DNA from: Delftia acidovorans NBRC 14950
GTDB taxonomy: Bacteria; Pseudomonadota; Gammaproteobacteria; Burkholderiales; Burkholderiaceae_C
Direction of reading: 5' to 3'
Length of the DNA: 32,000 nucleotides
Assembly: GCF_001598795.1 (NCBI RefSeq)
Contig: NZ_BCZP01000019.1
Coordinates: forward strand, 60,001-92,000
The translations under genes and the position numbers were made by a program. How positions within the stretch are numbered: the first letter of the stretch is position 1; every line of letters begins with the position of its first letter. Below the pieces are notes generated by a model. The model saw only the letters and a program-made list of their open reading frames with translations, was not told the DNA's origin and did no database searches. Positions 1-9,374 of the stretch are shown here, one piece after another.

Positions 1-1102
1 GGACCTGAGGCAGATTCGCGCCGAAAACCGCCAGGCGCCCAAGGCCTATTTCAAGGGTCTGAACTTCCTGCTCAACGAGCAGCAGGACAAGGCCATCGAC
101 GCCTTCATCGAAGCCGTGCAGAACGACCCCGACACTTCGGAGCTGCACTTCGCGCTGGGCAACCTCTTCCGCCGCCGTGGCGAATACAACCGCGCCGTGC
201 GCGTGCACGAACACCTGCTGTCGCGCGGCGACCTCAGCCGTGTGGACCGCGACCGCGCCCAGCACGCGCTGGCCCAGGACTTTCTGAAGGCAGGCCTGCT
301 CGACCGCGCCGAGGACGCGCTGCGCCGCCTGGAAGGCACGGCCTTCGAGGCCGAAGCCCGCCTGGCTCTGCTGGCCATCTACGAACGCTCGCGCGACTGG
401 ACACAGGCCGCCGCCATTGCGCGCCGCATGCAGGAAGCCAACCAGGGCGACTTCAGCGGCCGCCTGGCCCACTACCTCTGCGAAGACGCCCAGGCCCTGT
501 TGACCCAGGGCCAGCAGGCCGAGGCACTGCAGCGGCTGCAGCAGGCCATCACCACCGCCCCACAGGCCGCACGCCCGCGCCTGGAGCACGCGCAGCTGCA
601 GCACCGCATGGGGCAATCGGCCCAGGCCCTGCACACGTTGGAAAGCCTGGCCGAGCAGTCTCCAGCCTCGCTGCCGCTGGCGGCTCAGCTGCTGGTGGAC
701 ATTGCCGCCGCCACGGGCCAGCGCCAGCACATCCACCAACTGCTCAGCCAGCAGTACGAGCAGGCACCCTCGCTGGATCTGCTGCAGGCCCTGGTCGCGC
801 TGGACGCTCAGATTGAAGAACAGAGCAACGATGGTGAAACCAAGGCACCGGGACGCGCACGCCTGGTCCAGCATCTGGACAGGGAGCCCTCCCTGGTGGC
901 TGCCGCGCAGTGGCTGGCAGGGGAGAAACTGGCCGAGGAGCAATACCACCCGGCCGTGCAACGCGCGCTGGACCACGCGGCCAAGCCGCTGACCCGCTAC
1001 CGCTGCGCGGCCTGCGGCTTCGAGGCACGCCAGCATTTCTGGCATTGCCCCGGCTGCCAGAGCTGGGACAGCTATCCGGCCCGGCGCGTCGAGGAGCTGT
1101 GA
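1..1102 (+). CDS. lapB: Lipopolysaccharide assembly protein LapB/YciM, 5'-truncated by the window edge (in frame from nt 2)
   Basis: The frame is open from the window edge (..YFKGLNFLLNEQQDKAIDAFIEAV..). TPR-like Leu/Ala-rich repeats run throughout. The C-terminus carries a rubredoxin-type metal site, CAACGFEARQHFWHCPGCQSWDS. Confidence 0.8.
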   Translation, partial: DLRQIRAENRQAPKAYFKGLNFLLNEQQDKAIDAFIEAVQNDPDTSELHFALGNLFRRRGEYNRAVRVHEHLLSRGDLSRVDRDRAQHALAQDFLKAGLLDRAEDALRRLEGTAFEAEARLALLAIYERSRDWTQAAAIARRMQEANQGDFSGRLAHYLCEDAQALLTQGQQAEALQRLQQAITTAPQAARPRLEHAQLQHRMGQSAQALHTLESLAEQSPASLPLAAQLLVDIAAATGQRQHIHQLLSQQYEQAPSLDLLQALVALDAQIEEQSNDGETKAPGRARLVQHLDREPSLVAAAQWLAGEKLAEEQYHPAVQRALDHAAKPLTRYRCAACGFEARQHFWHCPGCQSWDSYPARRVEEL

Positions 1103-1362
1103 TGCGGGGCAGGCGCGAGAGGCAGCTCCACCCCCTGCATCGCGTCACCCCCATTGGCAAACACCGCATGGACGGTGTATTTTCAGAGTATTCCTAGAAA
1201 CCGCCTTGGCAGGCGCATGGCCATTGACTTTGCACACGTTCGGCCATGCCTGCACGGGCCTGCTGGCCCCCTTCACCGCCTAGCCGCACGCCAAGGCCCT
1301 GCATAAGATGCCTCTGGGTCGCAATGTTGCGGCCCTCAACATTTTGGGATCAGGAGGTTTGT

Positions 1363-1773
1363 ATGTTCAGAAAACTGATGGCTGGCTTCATTGCACTGCT
1401 GTGGTCCGTGATGGCCCTGGCTGCCGTGGAGGTCAACAAGGCGAATGAAGCCGAACTGACATCCATCAAGGGCATTGGCCCGGCCATGTCGGCACGCATT
1501 CTCGAGGAGCGCAAATCCTCCGCCTTCAAGGACTGGCCCGATTTCATTGCCCGCGTCAAAGGCGTGGGCGAACCGACCGCCGCCAAGTTCTCGGGTGACG
1601 GCCTGACGGTCAATGGCACCAGCTACAAGGGCCAGGGAGCCAAGCCCGCTGCAAAGGATACGGCGGCCAAGGATGCCAAGGATACCAAGGACACGGCAGC
1701 CAAAGGCACCAAGCCGACCAAGGACCAGGCCGCCAAACCGGCCACGCCGGCCAAGGCCGGCGCGGCCTCCTGA
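1363..1773 (+). CDS. ComEA-like helix-hairpin-helix DNA-binding protein with signal peptide and Lys/Ala/Thr-rich tail
   Basis: ATG at 1363 is preceded by AGGAGG (1352-1357). The N-terminus is a signal peptide (MFRKLMAGFIALLWSVMALAA) and an HhH motif is present (ELTSIKGIGPAMSARILEER). The upstream part of ORF 1246..1773 has no RBS and looks non-coding. Confidence 0.75.
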   Translation: MFRKLMAGFIALLWSVMALAAVEVNKANEAELTSIKGIGPAMSARILEERKSSAFKDWPDFIARVKGVGEPTAAKFSGDGLTVNGTSYKGQGAKPAAKDTAAKDAKDTKDTAAKGTKPTKDQAAKPATPAKAGAAS

Positions 1774-1794
1774 GTACGCCAACTGTCTCTATCC

Positions 1795-1816
1795 AACCCG
1801 CTTCGGCGGGTTTTTC
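1795..1816 (+). terminator. Rho-independent terminator after the ComEA-like gene
   Basis: Stem ACCCGC (1796-1801), loop TTCG, stem GCGGGT (1806-1811), followed by a T5 run. Confidence 0.7.
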
Positions 1817-1912
1817 ATGCGTACTAACCTCGGGGTATGCGCGGCCATAGCCTGAAACATGCTCAGGTTTTCATAGCGAAGCAAAAAACCTTGCCCGTAA
1901 AATGAACCGCCC

Positions 1913-4891
1913 ATGCCCCTGATCACCCTCATCCTCCTACCCTTCATCGGCAGCCTGATTGCCGCAATGCTGCCCGCCAATGCGCGCAATACGGAGTCAA
2001 CGCTGGCCGGCGTCATCGCCCTCGGCTGCGCCATCCAGACGGCATTGCTGTTCCCCCAGATCGCCGATGGGGAGGTGCTGCGCCAGGAGATCGAGTGGCT
2101 GCCGGCACTGGGGCTGAATCTGGTGATCCGCATGGACGGCTTTGCCTGGATGTTCTGCATGCTGGTGCTGGGCATCGGTTCGCTGGTGGTGCTTTATGCG
2201 CGCTACTACATGTCGCCGGCCGATCCCGTGCCGCGCTTTTTCTCGTTTTTTCTGGCCTTCATGGGCGCGATGGCGGGCGTGGTGCTGTCGGGCAACATCA
2301 TTCAGATTGCCTTCTTCTGGGAGCTGACCAGCCTCTTCTCCTTTCTTCTGATCGGATACTGGCACCATCGCAAGGACGCGCGCCGGGGCGCGCGCATGGC
2401 GCTGACGGTGACGGGAACGGGCGGCTTGGCCATGCTGGCCGGCATGCTGGTGCTGGGCCACATCGTGGGCAGCTATGACCTGGACAACGTGCTCATCGCC
2501 GGCCAGCAGGTGCGCGACCACCAGCTGTATCTGGTCGCCCTGGTGCTGATCCTGCTGGGCGCACTGACCAAGAGCGCGCAATTCCCCTTCCACTTCTGGC
2601 TGCCGCACGCCATGGCCGCGCCCACGCCGGTGTCGGCCTACCTGCACTCCGCCACCATGGTCAAGGCGGGGGTCTTCCTGCTGGCGCGCATGTGGCCCGT
2701 GCTGGGTGACACCGATGCCTGGTTCTGGCTGGTGGGCGGAGCCGGCGCGGCAACGCTGCTCATCGGTGGCTATCTGGCCATGTTCCAGCACGATCTCAAG
2801 GGATTGCTGGCCTATTCGACGATTTCCCACCTGGGTCTGATCACGCTGCTGCTGGGCCTCAACAGCAAGCTGGCCGCCGTGGCTGCGGTGTTCCACATCA
2901 TGAACCACGCGACCTTCAAGGCCTCGCTGTTCATGGCCGCAGGCATCGTTGACCATGAAAGCGGCACGCGCGACATCCGCCGTCTCTCGGGCCTGCGGCA
3001 CATGATGCCCATCACTGCCACGCTGGCCTGCGTGGCCAGTGCGGCCATGGCGGGCGTGCCGCTGCTCAACGGCTTCCTGTCCAAGGAAATGTTCTTCGCC
3101 GAGACCGTCTACCTGGACGCTGCCCCCTGGGTGCGCACGGCCCTGCCCGTGGCCGCCACGGTGGCGGGCATGTTCAGCGTGGCCTATTCGCTGCGATTCA
3201 CCATCGACGTCTTCTTCGGCCCCAAGGCCACCGACCTGCCGCACGAGCCGCACGAGCCGCCGCACTGGATGCGCGTGCCCGTCGAGCTGCTGGTGCTGGC
3301 CTGCCTGGTGGTGGGCATGCTGCCGGCATGGGCGGTGGGCAGCTTCCTTGCAGCGGCCGCCACGCCCGTGGTCGGCGGCGATCTGCCCGAGTACAGCCTG
3401 GCCATCTGGCACGGCTGGAACATGCCCTTGATCATGAGCCTGGTCGCCCTGATTGGCGGCATCCTGCTGTACATGCTGCTGCGCTGGCAGCGCCAGGCCG
3501 GCCATATCGATACCGCACCGCTGGTGGGCACGCTCAGCGGCCAGCGCATCTTCGAGAACCTGCTGGCCCGCCTGTCCCTGCTGGGCCGCTGGTCGCGCCG
3601 GCGCCTGTCCACCATGCGCCTGCAGTGGCAGATGCTGTGGCTGGTCTGCACCGCCGTACTGGCGGGCGTTCTGCCGCTGTGGCTGCAGGGCATCAAGCTG
3701 GGCGATCGGGGCATGCTGCCGCTGTCGCCCGCCTTCGTGCTGCTGTGGTCGGTGGGCATTCTCTGCGCCCTGGGCACGGCCTGGAAGGCCAAGTACCACC
3801 GGCTGACCGCGCTGATCATGCTGGGCGGTGCCGGCCTGTGCACCTGCCTGACCTTCCTGTGGTTCTCGGCGCCCGATCTGGCGCTGACCCAGCTGGTGGT
3901 CGAGGTCGCCACCACGGTGCTGATGCTGCTGGGCCTGCGCTGGATGCCCAAGCGCGACAAGAGCCTGCACATTCCCGTGCTGTCCGCCGAGCTGCGTGCG
4001 CGCTCGCGCCGCATGCGCGACCTGCTGCTGTCGCTGGTGGCCGGGGGCGGCATGGCCTGGCTGGCCTTCGCCATGATGAGCCGCCCCTTCTATGACGGCG
4101 CCTCCACCTTCTTCCTGGAACATGCGCTCAGCGACGGCGGCGGCACCAATGTGGTCAACGTCATGCTGGTGGACTTCCGTGGCTTCGACACCTTCGGCGA
4201 AATCGTGGTGCTGGGCATCGTGGCCCTGGTGGTCTATGCCCTGCTGCGGCGCTTTCGCCCGGCCCGCGAGACGCTGGACCTGCCGGAACAGCAGCGCTAC
4301 GTGCCAGGCGACCTGCAGACCGATCTGTTCAATCCGCGCAATGCCGGCGATACGGCCGTGGGCTACCTGATGGTGCCCGCCGTGCTGGTCCGCCTGCTGC
4401 TGCCTTTCGCGGCCCTGGTCTCGGTCTACATCTTCATGCGCGGCCACAACGAACCCGGAGGCGGCTTCGTCGCCGGCCTGGTGTTCTCGGTCGCCTTGCT
4501 GATGCAGTACATCATCTCCGGCACGCAGTGGGTCGAGGCCCACTTGCCGATCTTCCCGCGCCGATGGATCGGTGTCGGCCTGCTGTTCGCACTGGGTACC
4601 GGCATGGGCTCCATCGTGGCCGGCTATCCCTTCCTCACCAGCCACACCTTCCATATGACCCTGCCAGTCGTCGGCGACGTGCATCTCGCCAGCGCCCTGT
4701 TCTTCGACATCGGTGTGTTCTCACTGGTGGTGGGCGCGACCATGCTCATTCTGACGGCCATCGCCCACCAATCGGTGCGCAGCCACCGCTACCACGCCCG
4801 CCTGCTGGAGGAGCAGCAACAACAGGCCGAGGAGGCCGAAGCCGCCGTGCAGCAGGCCACCGCCGCAGCCCTGGCGCGAGGAGGTTTCTGA
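1913..4891 (+). CDS. mrpA: Monovalent cation/H+ antiporter subunit A (fused MrpA/MrpB, PhaAB-like), 992 aa
   Basis: Polytopic NuoL-like membrane protein (..WLPHAMAAPTPVSAYLHSATMVKAGVFLL..). Its length fits the fused A+B form, and it is the first gene of a C-D-E-F-G series. Confidence 0.9.
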   Translation: MPLITLILLPFIGSLIAAMLPANARNTESTLAGVIALGCAIQTALLFPQIADGEVLRQEIEWLPALGLNLVIRMDGFAWMFCMLVLGIGSLVVLYARYYMSPADPVPRFFSFFLAFMGAMAGVVLSGNIIQIAFFWELTSLFSFLLIGYWHHRKDARRGARMALTVTGTGGLAMLAGMLVLGHIVGSYDLDNVLIAGQQVRDHQLYLVALVLILLGALTKSAQFPFHFWLPHAMAAPTPVSAYLHSATMVKAGVFLLARMWPVLGDTDAWFWLVGGAGAATLLIGGYLAMFQHDLKGLLAYSTISHLGLITLLLGLNSKLAAVAAVFHIMNHATFKASLFMAAGIVDHESGTRDIRRLSGLRHMMPITATLACVASAAMAGVPLLNGFLSKEMFFAETVYLDAAPWVRTALPVAATVAGMFSVAYSLRFTIDVFFGPKATDLPHEPHEPPHWMRVPVELLVLACLVVGMLPAWAVGSFLAAAATPVVGGDLPEYSLAIWHGWNMPLIMSLVALIGGILLYMLLRWQRQAGHIDTAPLVGTLSGQRIFENLLARLSLLGRWSRRRLSTMRLQWQMLWLVCTAVLAGVLPLWLQGIKLGDRGMLPLSPAFVLLWSVGILCALGTAWKAKYHRLTALIMLGGAGLCTCLTFLWFSAPDLALTQLVVEVATTVLMLLGLRWMPKRDKSLHIPVLSAELRARSRRMRDLLLSLVAGGGMAWLAFAMMSRPFYDGASTFFLEHALSDGGGTNVVNVMLVDFRGFDTFGEIVVLGIVALVVYALLRRFRPARETLDLPEQQRYVPGDLQTDLFNPRNAGDTAVGYLMVPAVLVRLLLPFAALVSVYIFMRGHNEPGGGFVAGLVFSVALLMQYIISGTQWVEAHLPIFPRRWIGVGLLFALGTGMGSIVAGYPFLTSHTFHMTLPVVGDVHLASALFFDIGVFSLVVGATMLILTAIAHQSVRSHRYHARLLEEQQQQAEEAEAAVQQATAAALARGGF

Positions 4892-5256
4892 TGGAAGTCG
4901 TGCTTGCCATTGCCATCGGCGTACTGACCGGCTCGGGCGTGTGGCTGCTGCTGCGCCCACGGACCTACCAGGTCATCATGGGGCTGGCCCTGCTGTCGTA
5001 TGCGGTCAACCTGTTCATCTTCAGCATGGGTCGCCAGGGCCTGGCCATTGACAAGGAGCCCGTGCTGCGGGCCGGCGTACCGCAGGATCTCGCGCACTAC
5101 GCAGACCCCATGCCCCAGGCGCTGGTGCTCACGGCCATCGTGATCGGCTTTGCCATGACGGCGCTGTTCCTGGTGGTGCTGCTGGCCTCGCGCGGCACCA
5201 CCGCCACCGACCATGTGGACGGAGCCCATTCCCGCACCGAGCAGGAGATGCCATGA
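4891..5256 (+). CDS. mrpC: Monovalent cation/H+ antiporter subunit C (NuoK-like)
   Basis: The ATG at 4891 overlaps the mrpA TGA (TGATG). The product is small with three TM segments (MEVVLAIAIGVLTGSGVWLLLRPRTYQVIMGLALLSYAVNLFIF). Confidence 0.85.
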   Translation: MEVVLAIAIGVLTGSGVWLLLRPRTYQVIMGLALLSYAVNLFIFSMGRQGLAIDKEPVLRAGVPQDLAHYADPMPQALVLTAIVIGFAMTALFLVVLLASRGTTATDHVDGAHSRTEQEMP

Positions 5257-7049
5257 ACGAGCTGACCGCCCGTCTCATGCCGCACCTGATGCTGGCGCCC
5301 ATCGTGCTGCCCATGCTCTCGGCAGCGCTGATGCTGCTGCTGCGCGAGGAGCGCCAGCGCGTGAAGTTCGCCCTTGGCCTGGTGTCCACCGTGCTGGGCC
5401 TGGGCGTGGCCGTGCTGCTGATGCTGTGGACCGACCAGGCCGGCGCACCCGTCAACCTGGGCGTCTACATGCCGGGCAACTGGCCCATGCCCTTCGGCAT
5501 CTCGCTGGCGCTGGACCGCCTGACCGGCATGATGCTGGTGCTGACCTACACGGTGGCCCTGGCCTCGCTGATCTTCTCCAGCGCCCGCTGGCACCGCGCG
5601 GGGATGCACTTTCACTCGCTGTTCCAGTTCCAGCTGATGGGCCTGAGCGGCGCCTTCCTCACGGCGGACCTGTTCAACCTGTTCGTGTTCTTCGAGATCA
5701 TGCTCGCGGCCTCCTACGGCCTGCTGCTGCATGGCTCGGGCCGGGCACGCATCCAGGCGGGCCTGCACTACATCGCCATCAACCTGGCCGCCTCGTCGCT
5801 GTTCCTCATCGGCGTGTCCATGCTCTACGGCCTGACCGGCACGCTGAACATGGCCGACCTGGCGCGCGCCATTCCCCAGATCAGCAGTGCCGACCGCGGG
5901 CTGCTGCATTCGGCAGCGGCCATCCTGGGCATCGCCTTCCTGACCAAGGCGGCCATGTGGCCGCTGAACTTCTGGCTGGTGCCGGCCTACAGCGCGGCCA
6001 CCGCGCCCGTCGGTGCCGTGTTCGCGCTCATGACCAAGGTGGGCGTCTACGTGGTGCTGCGGCTGTGGACGCTGCTGTTCAGCTCCGAGGCCGGCTCCTC
6101 CGCCCTGTTCGGCAGCACCTGGCTGATCGTCGGCGGCATGCTGACCATGGCCTTCGGCGGCCTGGGCATGCTGGGCTCGCAGCGCCTGACGCATATCGCG
6201 GGCTTTGCGGCCATCCTCTCGTCGGGCACCCTGCTGGCTGCCACGGGCTTTGGCCAGAACGCGCTGACGGCGGGGCTGCTGTACTACCTGCCCAGCTCCA
6301 CCCTGGCCGTGAGCGCGCTCTTCCTGATTGCCGACGTGGTGGACCGCTGGCGCGTGGACGACGACGCGGGCGAGCCCTATGAAGACGATGAGGCGCCCTT
6401 CCTCAACGCCGAGCTGCTTCCCACCGAGGGATTCAACCTTGACGAATCCGAAGAGGTGCTGATCGGCCGCGCCATTCCCGCCGCAGCCGCCTTCATCGGC
6501 CTGAGCTTCATGCTGGCCACCCTGGTGGTTACCGGCCTGCCCCCGCTGTCGGGCTTCGTGGGCAAGTTCGCCATGCTGTCTGCCCTGCTCAACCCGCTGG
6601 GCCTGGGCAACTCCAGCGGCTTCCAGGCCGGCTGGGCCGGCTGGGTGCTGGTGGCGCTGATGATCATCACCGGGCTGCTGGCCCTGCTGTCGCTGGTGCG
6701 CGCCGGCATACGCCACTTCTGGGCGACCGAGGAGCAGAACTCCCCCTCGCTGCGCGTGGTCGAAGGCCTGCCCATCGCCTTGCTGCTGGCCTGCTGCGTG
6801 GCACTGACGATGCGCGGCGGCGAGCTGATGGGCTACACCCAGCGCGCAGCCGATGCGCTGCTGGCACCCGATGTCTATGTGCGCTCCGTCATGGGCACGC
6901 AGCCCGAGCCCAGCCCTGCAGAAAAGAAGGCCCGCCTGGAAGCCGGCCCTGAAGGCGCGGCACGCGCCGCGGCCCAGGCCAGTGGCGCGCCCATACCCGC
7001 AGGCATAGGCGATGCAGGCACGACGGCAGGCAAGGAGGATTCCCGATGA
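5253..7049 (+). CDS. mrpD: Monovalent cation/H+ antiporter subunit D (NuoM/N-like)
   Basis: ATGA overlap with mrpC, with AGGAG at 5243-5247. Proton-pumping-type membrane protein (..FLTKAAMWPLNFWLVPAYSAATAPVGAVFALMTKVGVY..). Confidence 0.9.
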   Translation: MNELTARLMPHLMLAPIVLPMLSAALMLLLREERQRVKFALGLVSTVLGLGVAVLLMLWTDQAGAPVNLGVYMPGNWPMPFGISLALDRLTGMMLVLTYTVALASLIFSSARWHRAGMHFHSLFQFQLMGLSGAFLTADLFNLFVFFEIMLAASYGLLLHGSGRARIQAGLHYIAINLAASSLFLIGVSMLYGLTGTLNMADLARAIPQISSADRGLLHSAAAILGIAFLTKAAMWPLNFWLVPAYSAATAPVGAVFALMTKVGVYVVLRLWTLLFSSEAGSSALFGSTWLIVGGMLTMAFGGLGMLGSQRLTHIAGFAAILSSGTLLAATGFGQNALTAGLLYYLPSSTLAVSALFLIADVVDRWRVDDDAGEPYEDDEAPFLNAELLPTEGFNLDESEEVLIGRAIPAAAAFIGLSFMLATLVVTGLPPLSGFVGKFAMLSALLNPLGLGNSSGFQAGWAGWVLVALMIITGLLALLSLVRAGIRHFWATEEQNSPSLRVVEGLPIALLLACCVALTMRGGELMGYTQRAADALLAPDVYVRSVMGTQPEPSPAEKKARLEAGPEGAARAAAQASGAPIPAGIGDAGTTAGKEDSR

Positions 7050-7537
7050 TGAAAACCTTGCTGCCCGCGCCGCTGCTGTCGGTGGCGCTGTTCCTGCTGT
7101 GGCTGCTGCTCAACCGTTCGTTCAGCAGTGGACAGATCCTGCTCGGCGCATTGCTGGGCCTGCTGCTGCCGCTGCTGCTGCGCGGCCTGCGCCCCTTGCC
7201 CGTGCGGGTGCGCCATCCGCTGACCATCCTGCGCCTGGCGCTGCGCGTGGTCTGGGACACCTCGTTGTCCAACTTCAACGTCGTGCGGTTCATGCTGTTT
7301 CCGGGCATGCGCAAGCACCCGGCCAACTTCGTGCGCATCCCGCTGGAACTGCGCGACCCCAACGGCCTGGCCGTGCTCGCCATGATCGTGTGCATCACGC
7401 CCGGCACGGCCTGGGCCGAGATCTCGCGCGACCGCTCGCAGCTCATGCTGCATGTGCTGGAGGTCGATGATCCCGAGGAGATCGTCCAGCACGTCAAGCG
7501 TTGCTACGAGCGCCCCCTGATGGAGATTTTCGAATGA
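7046..7537 (+). CDS. mrpE: Monovalent cation/H+ antiporter subunit E
   Basis: ATGA overlap with mrpD, with AAGGAGGA at 7032-7039. Size, position and the motif ..ITPGTAWAEIS.. fit MrpE/PhaE. Confidence 0.8.
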   Translation: MMKTLLPAPLLSVALFLLWLLLNRSFSSGQILLGALLGLLLPLLLRGLRPLPVRVRHPLTILRLALRVVWDTSLSNFNVVRFMLFPGMRKHPANFVRIPLELRDPNGLAVLAMIVCITPGTAWAEISRDRSQLMLHVLEVDDPEEIVQHVKRCYERPLMEIFE

Positions 7538-7812
7538 TGCCCTGGTTCCACTGGACTTTGATGTTCGCGCTGGGCCTGCTGGTCGCGGCCATGGGCTGCG
7601 CCGTGCTGCGCCTGCTCAAGGGCCCGCACGCCCAGGACCGCGTGCTGGCGCTGGACTGCATGTACCTCAACGGCATGCTGGCCATGCTGCTCATGGGCAT
7701 CATCTACGACAGCACAAGCTACTTCGAGGCGGCCTTGCTGGTCGCGCTGTTCGGCTGCGTGGGCTCCACCGCCATGGCCAAGTTCCTGCTGCGCGGCGAG
7801 GTGATCGAATGA
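7534..7812 (+). CDS. mrpF: Monovalent cation/H+ antiporter subunit F
   Basis: The ATG at 7534 overlaps the mrpE TGA. The product is ~92 aa with three TM segments, in the expected operon position. Confidence 0.8.
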   Translation: MMPWFHWTLMFALGLLVAAMGCAVLRLLKGPHAQDRVLALDCMYLNGMLAMLLMGIIYDSTSYFEAALLVALFGCVGSTAMAKFLLRGEVIE

Positions 7813-8192
7813 CGCCGGAGACCACACTGCCGCTGTGGTGCCAGATCCTGGTTGCCGCGCTGGCGCTGGGCGGCGCCATCATCGCCTTCCTGGGCTCCAT
7901 GGGACTGTGGCGGCTGGGCAGCTATTTCGAGCGCGTGCATGCGCCCTCCATCATCGCCACCATGGGCTGCTGGCTGATCATGCATGCCACCTGGATCTAC
8001 TTTTCCGTCAGCGGCCAGAGCCTGGCCGTGCATGCGCTGCTGATTGCGGTCTTCATTTCCGTGACCGTGCCCATCACCACCATCTTCCTGATGCGCGCAG
8101 CCCTGTTCCGCGCGCGCCGTGCGGGCCAGGACGTGCCGCCGCCGCTGAGCACCGTCGTGCGCAACGAACCGGCCGAGCACCCGGACGTCTGA
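7809..8192 (+). CDS. mrpG: Monovalent cation/H+ antiporter subunit G
   Basis: ATGA overlap with mrpF. The product is a 127-aa three-TM protein ending the operon. Confidence 0.8.
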   Translation: MTPETTLPLWCQILVAALALGGAIIAFLGSMGLWRLGSYFERVHAPSIIATMGCWLIMHATWIYFSVSGQSLAVHALLIAVFISVTVPITTIFLMRAALFRARRAGQDVPPPLSTVVRNEPAEHPDV

Positions 8193-8434
8193 AATCGCTT
8201 GCGGCGCCTGAAAATGCCCGCCCATTGCTGGTGGCGGGCCCAGGCCAAGGCCCTGCCCAACTGCTCAGCATACGAATCTGCCACCGGCCCCGTCAATGCG
8301 CAAAGCAACGGATACGCGAGCCCCGCGGCTATGAGTTTGTGAGCGTATAGTGCAGTCATCATCTGCGCTGGCAACGCATTTGATGGAACGGCCACAGGCG
8401 TGGCCGCCCTGGGTTTTTCTGTGTACGAGGGTTC

Positions 8435-9304
8435 ATGCAAATCTCTTCCCCCCTGACCGATACCGATCTGGCCAACGGCTGGTCGGCCCTTCACAACCAG
8501 GCGCACAACGGCATGGCATTGCAGCAGAATTCCAATCGCCTCGCCTTCGCGGACCCGGAATTCATGTTCCGCCGCGAGACCCGCGGCATCCGCATGCAGC
8601 TGGAGCTGCTCAAGCCCGACCTGGCCCAGATCGAACGCGGCATAGAAAACACCGTCGTGGTCTATGGCAGCGCGCGCTTCGTGGACCTGGAGCAGGCCGA
8701 GCAGCAACTGGCCGACGCGCAGGCCAGCGGCGATGCCCAGCGCATTGCAGTGGCCGAGCGCGCCGTGCGCAACGCCCACCGCTACGAGCAGGCCCGCGCC
8801 TTCACGCGCATCGTGGCCGCCGACAGCCTGAACCAGCCGCCCGAGGAGCGCCTCTATATCTGCACCGGCGGCGGCCCCGGCATCATGGAGGCGGCCAACC
8901 GTGGCGCCCATGATGTGGGCGCACCCAGCATCGGCCTGAACATCGAGCTGCCGCACGAGCAAAACGGCAACCGCTTCATCTCGCCGGACCTGAGCTTCAA
9001 GTTCCACTACTTTGCCCTGCGCAAGATGCATTTCATGATGCGCGCCAAGGCCCTGGTGGCCTTCCCCGGCGGCTTCGGAACGCTGGACGAGCTGTTCGAG
9101 GTGCTGACCCTGATGCAGACCGGCAAGACGCATTCCGTGCCCGTGATCCTGTTCGGCACCGAGTTCTGGAAGCGGCTGCTCAACATCGATCTGATGATCG
9201 AGGAAGGCACGATCTCGCCCAAGGACCTGCAGCTGTTCCGCTATACCGATGATCCGGTGGAGGCCTGGGCGCTGATCAAGCAGTTCCACGCTGGCGGCTG
9301 GTAA
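8435..9304 (+). CDS. LOG-family (TIGR00730-type) Rossmann-fold nucleotide/nucleoside phosphoribohydrolase-like protein
   Basis: Carries the PGGFGTLDELFE signature and the GGGPGIMEAANRGA motif typical of lysine-decarboxylase-like/LOG proteins. Confidence 0.8.
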   Translation: MQISSPLTDTDLANGWSALHNQAHNGMALQQNSNRLAFADPEFMFRRETRGIRMQLELLKPDLAQIERGIENTVVVYGSARFVDLEQAEQQLADAQASGDAQRIAVAERAVRNAHRYEQARAFTRIVAADSLNQPPEERLYICTGGGPGIMEAANRGAHDVGAPSIGLNIELPHEQNGNRFISPDLSFKFHYFALRKMHFMMRAKALVAFPGGFGTLDELFEVLTLMQTGKTHSVPVILFGTEFWKRLLNIDLMIEEGTISPKDLQLFRYTDDPVEAWALIKQFHAGGW

Positions 9305-9338
9305 GCCGCAGCGGCCGGCAGGCCGCCACCGCATCGCA

Positions 9339-9374
9339 AGGCGATCTGCGCACCAAGGCGCAGGTCGCCTTTTT
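9339..9374 (+). terminator. Rho-independent terminator of the LOG-family gene
   Basis: A 13-bp stem AGGCGATCTGCGC / GCGCAGGTCGCCT (one G-U pair) with loop ACCAAG, followed by T5. It abuts the stop codon of the convergent MFS gene. Confidence 0.75.

Noticed and set aside
1214-1343. Inverted repeats upstream of the ComEA-like gene (GCATGGCC..GGCCATGC at about 1215-1249; AATGTTG-N7-CAACATT at 1323-1343), considered as operators.
   Set aside because: The stems are short, cannot be tied to any regulator or motif family, and could be chance or simple mRNA structure.
1997-4684. 895-aa ORF antisense to mrpA. Similar long antisense ORFs are 5097..6716, 7997..9334, 10491..12527, 12939..14828, 14296..16272, 17615..18670 and 18520..19653. 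Further ones are 19723..21795, 22446..23678, 23723..24802, 24661..26070, 26015..26998, 27065..28039 and 27948..30020.
   Set aside because: These are typical shadow ORFs of high-GC DNA. Their translations are Arg/Gly/His/Gln/Ala-rich low-complexity strings with no recognisable motifs. Each overlaps a strongly supported gene on the other strand.
8193-8434. A 242-nt spacer between mrpG and the LOG-family gene with two GC hairpins (GCCCGCC..GGCGGGC at 8216-8239; CGGCCAC-AGGC-GTGGCCG at 8389-8406), considered as a terminator/attenuator or small RNA.
   Set aside because: Neither hairpin has an adjacent U-tract, although T5 lies 7 nt after the second. No conserved-looking structure or ORF is evident, and GC-rich hairpins arise readily in this composition.
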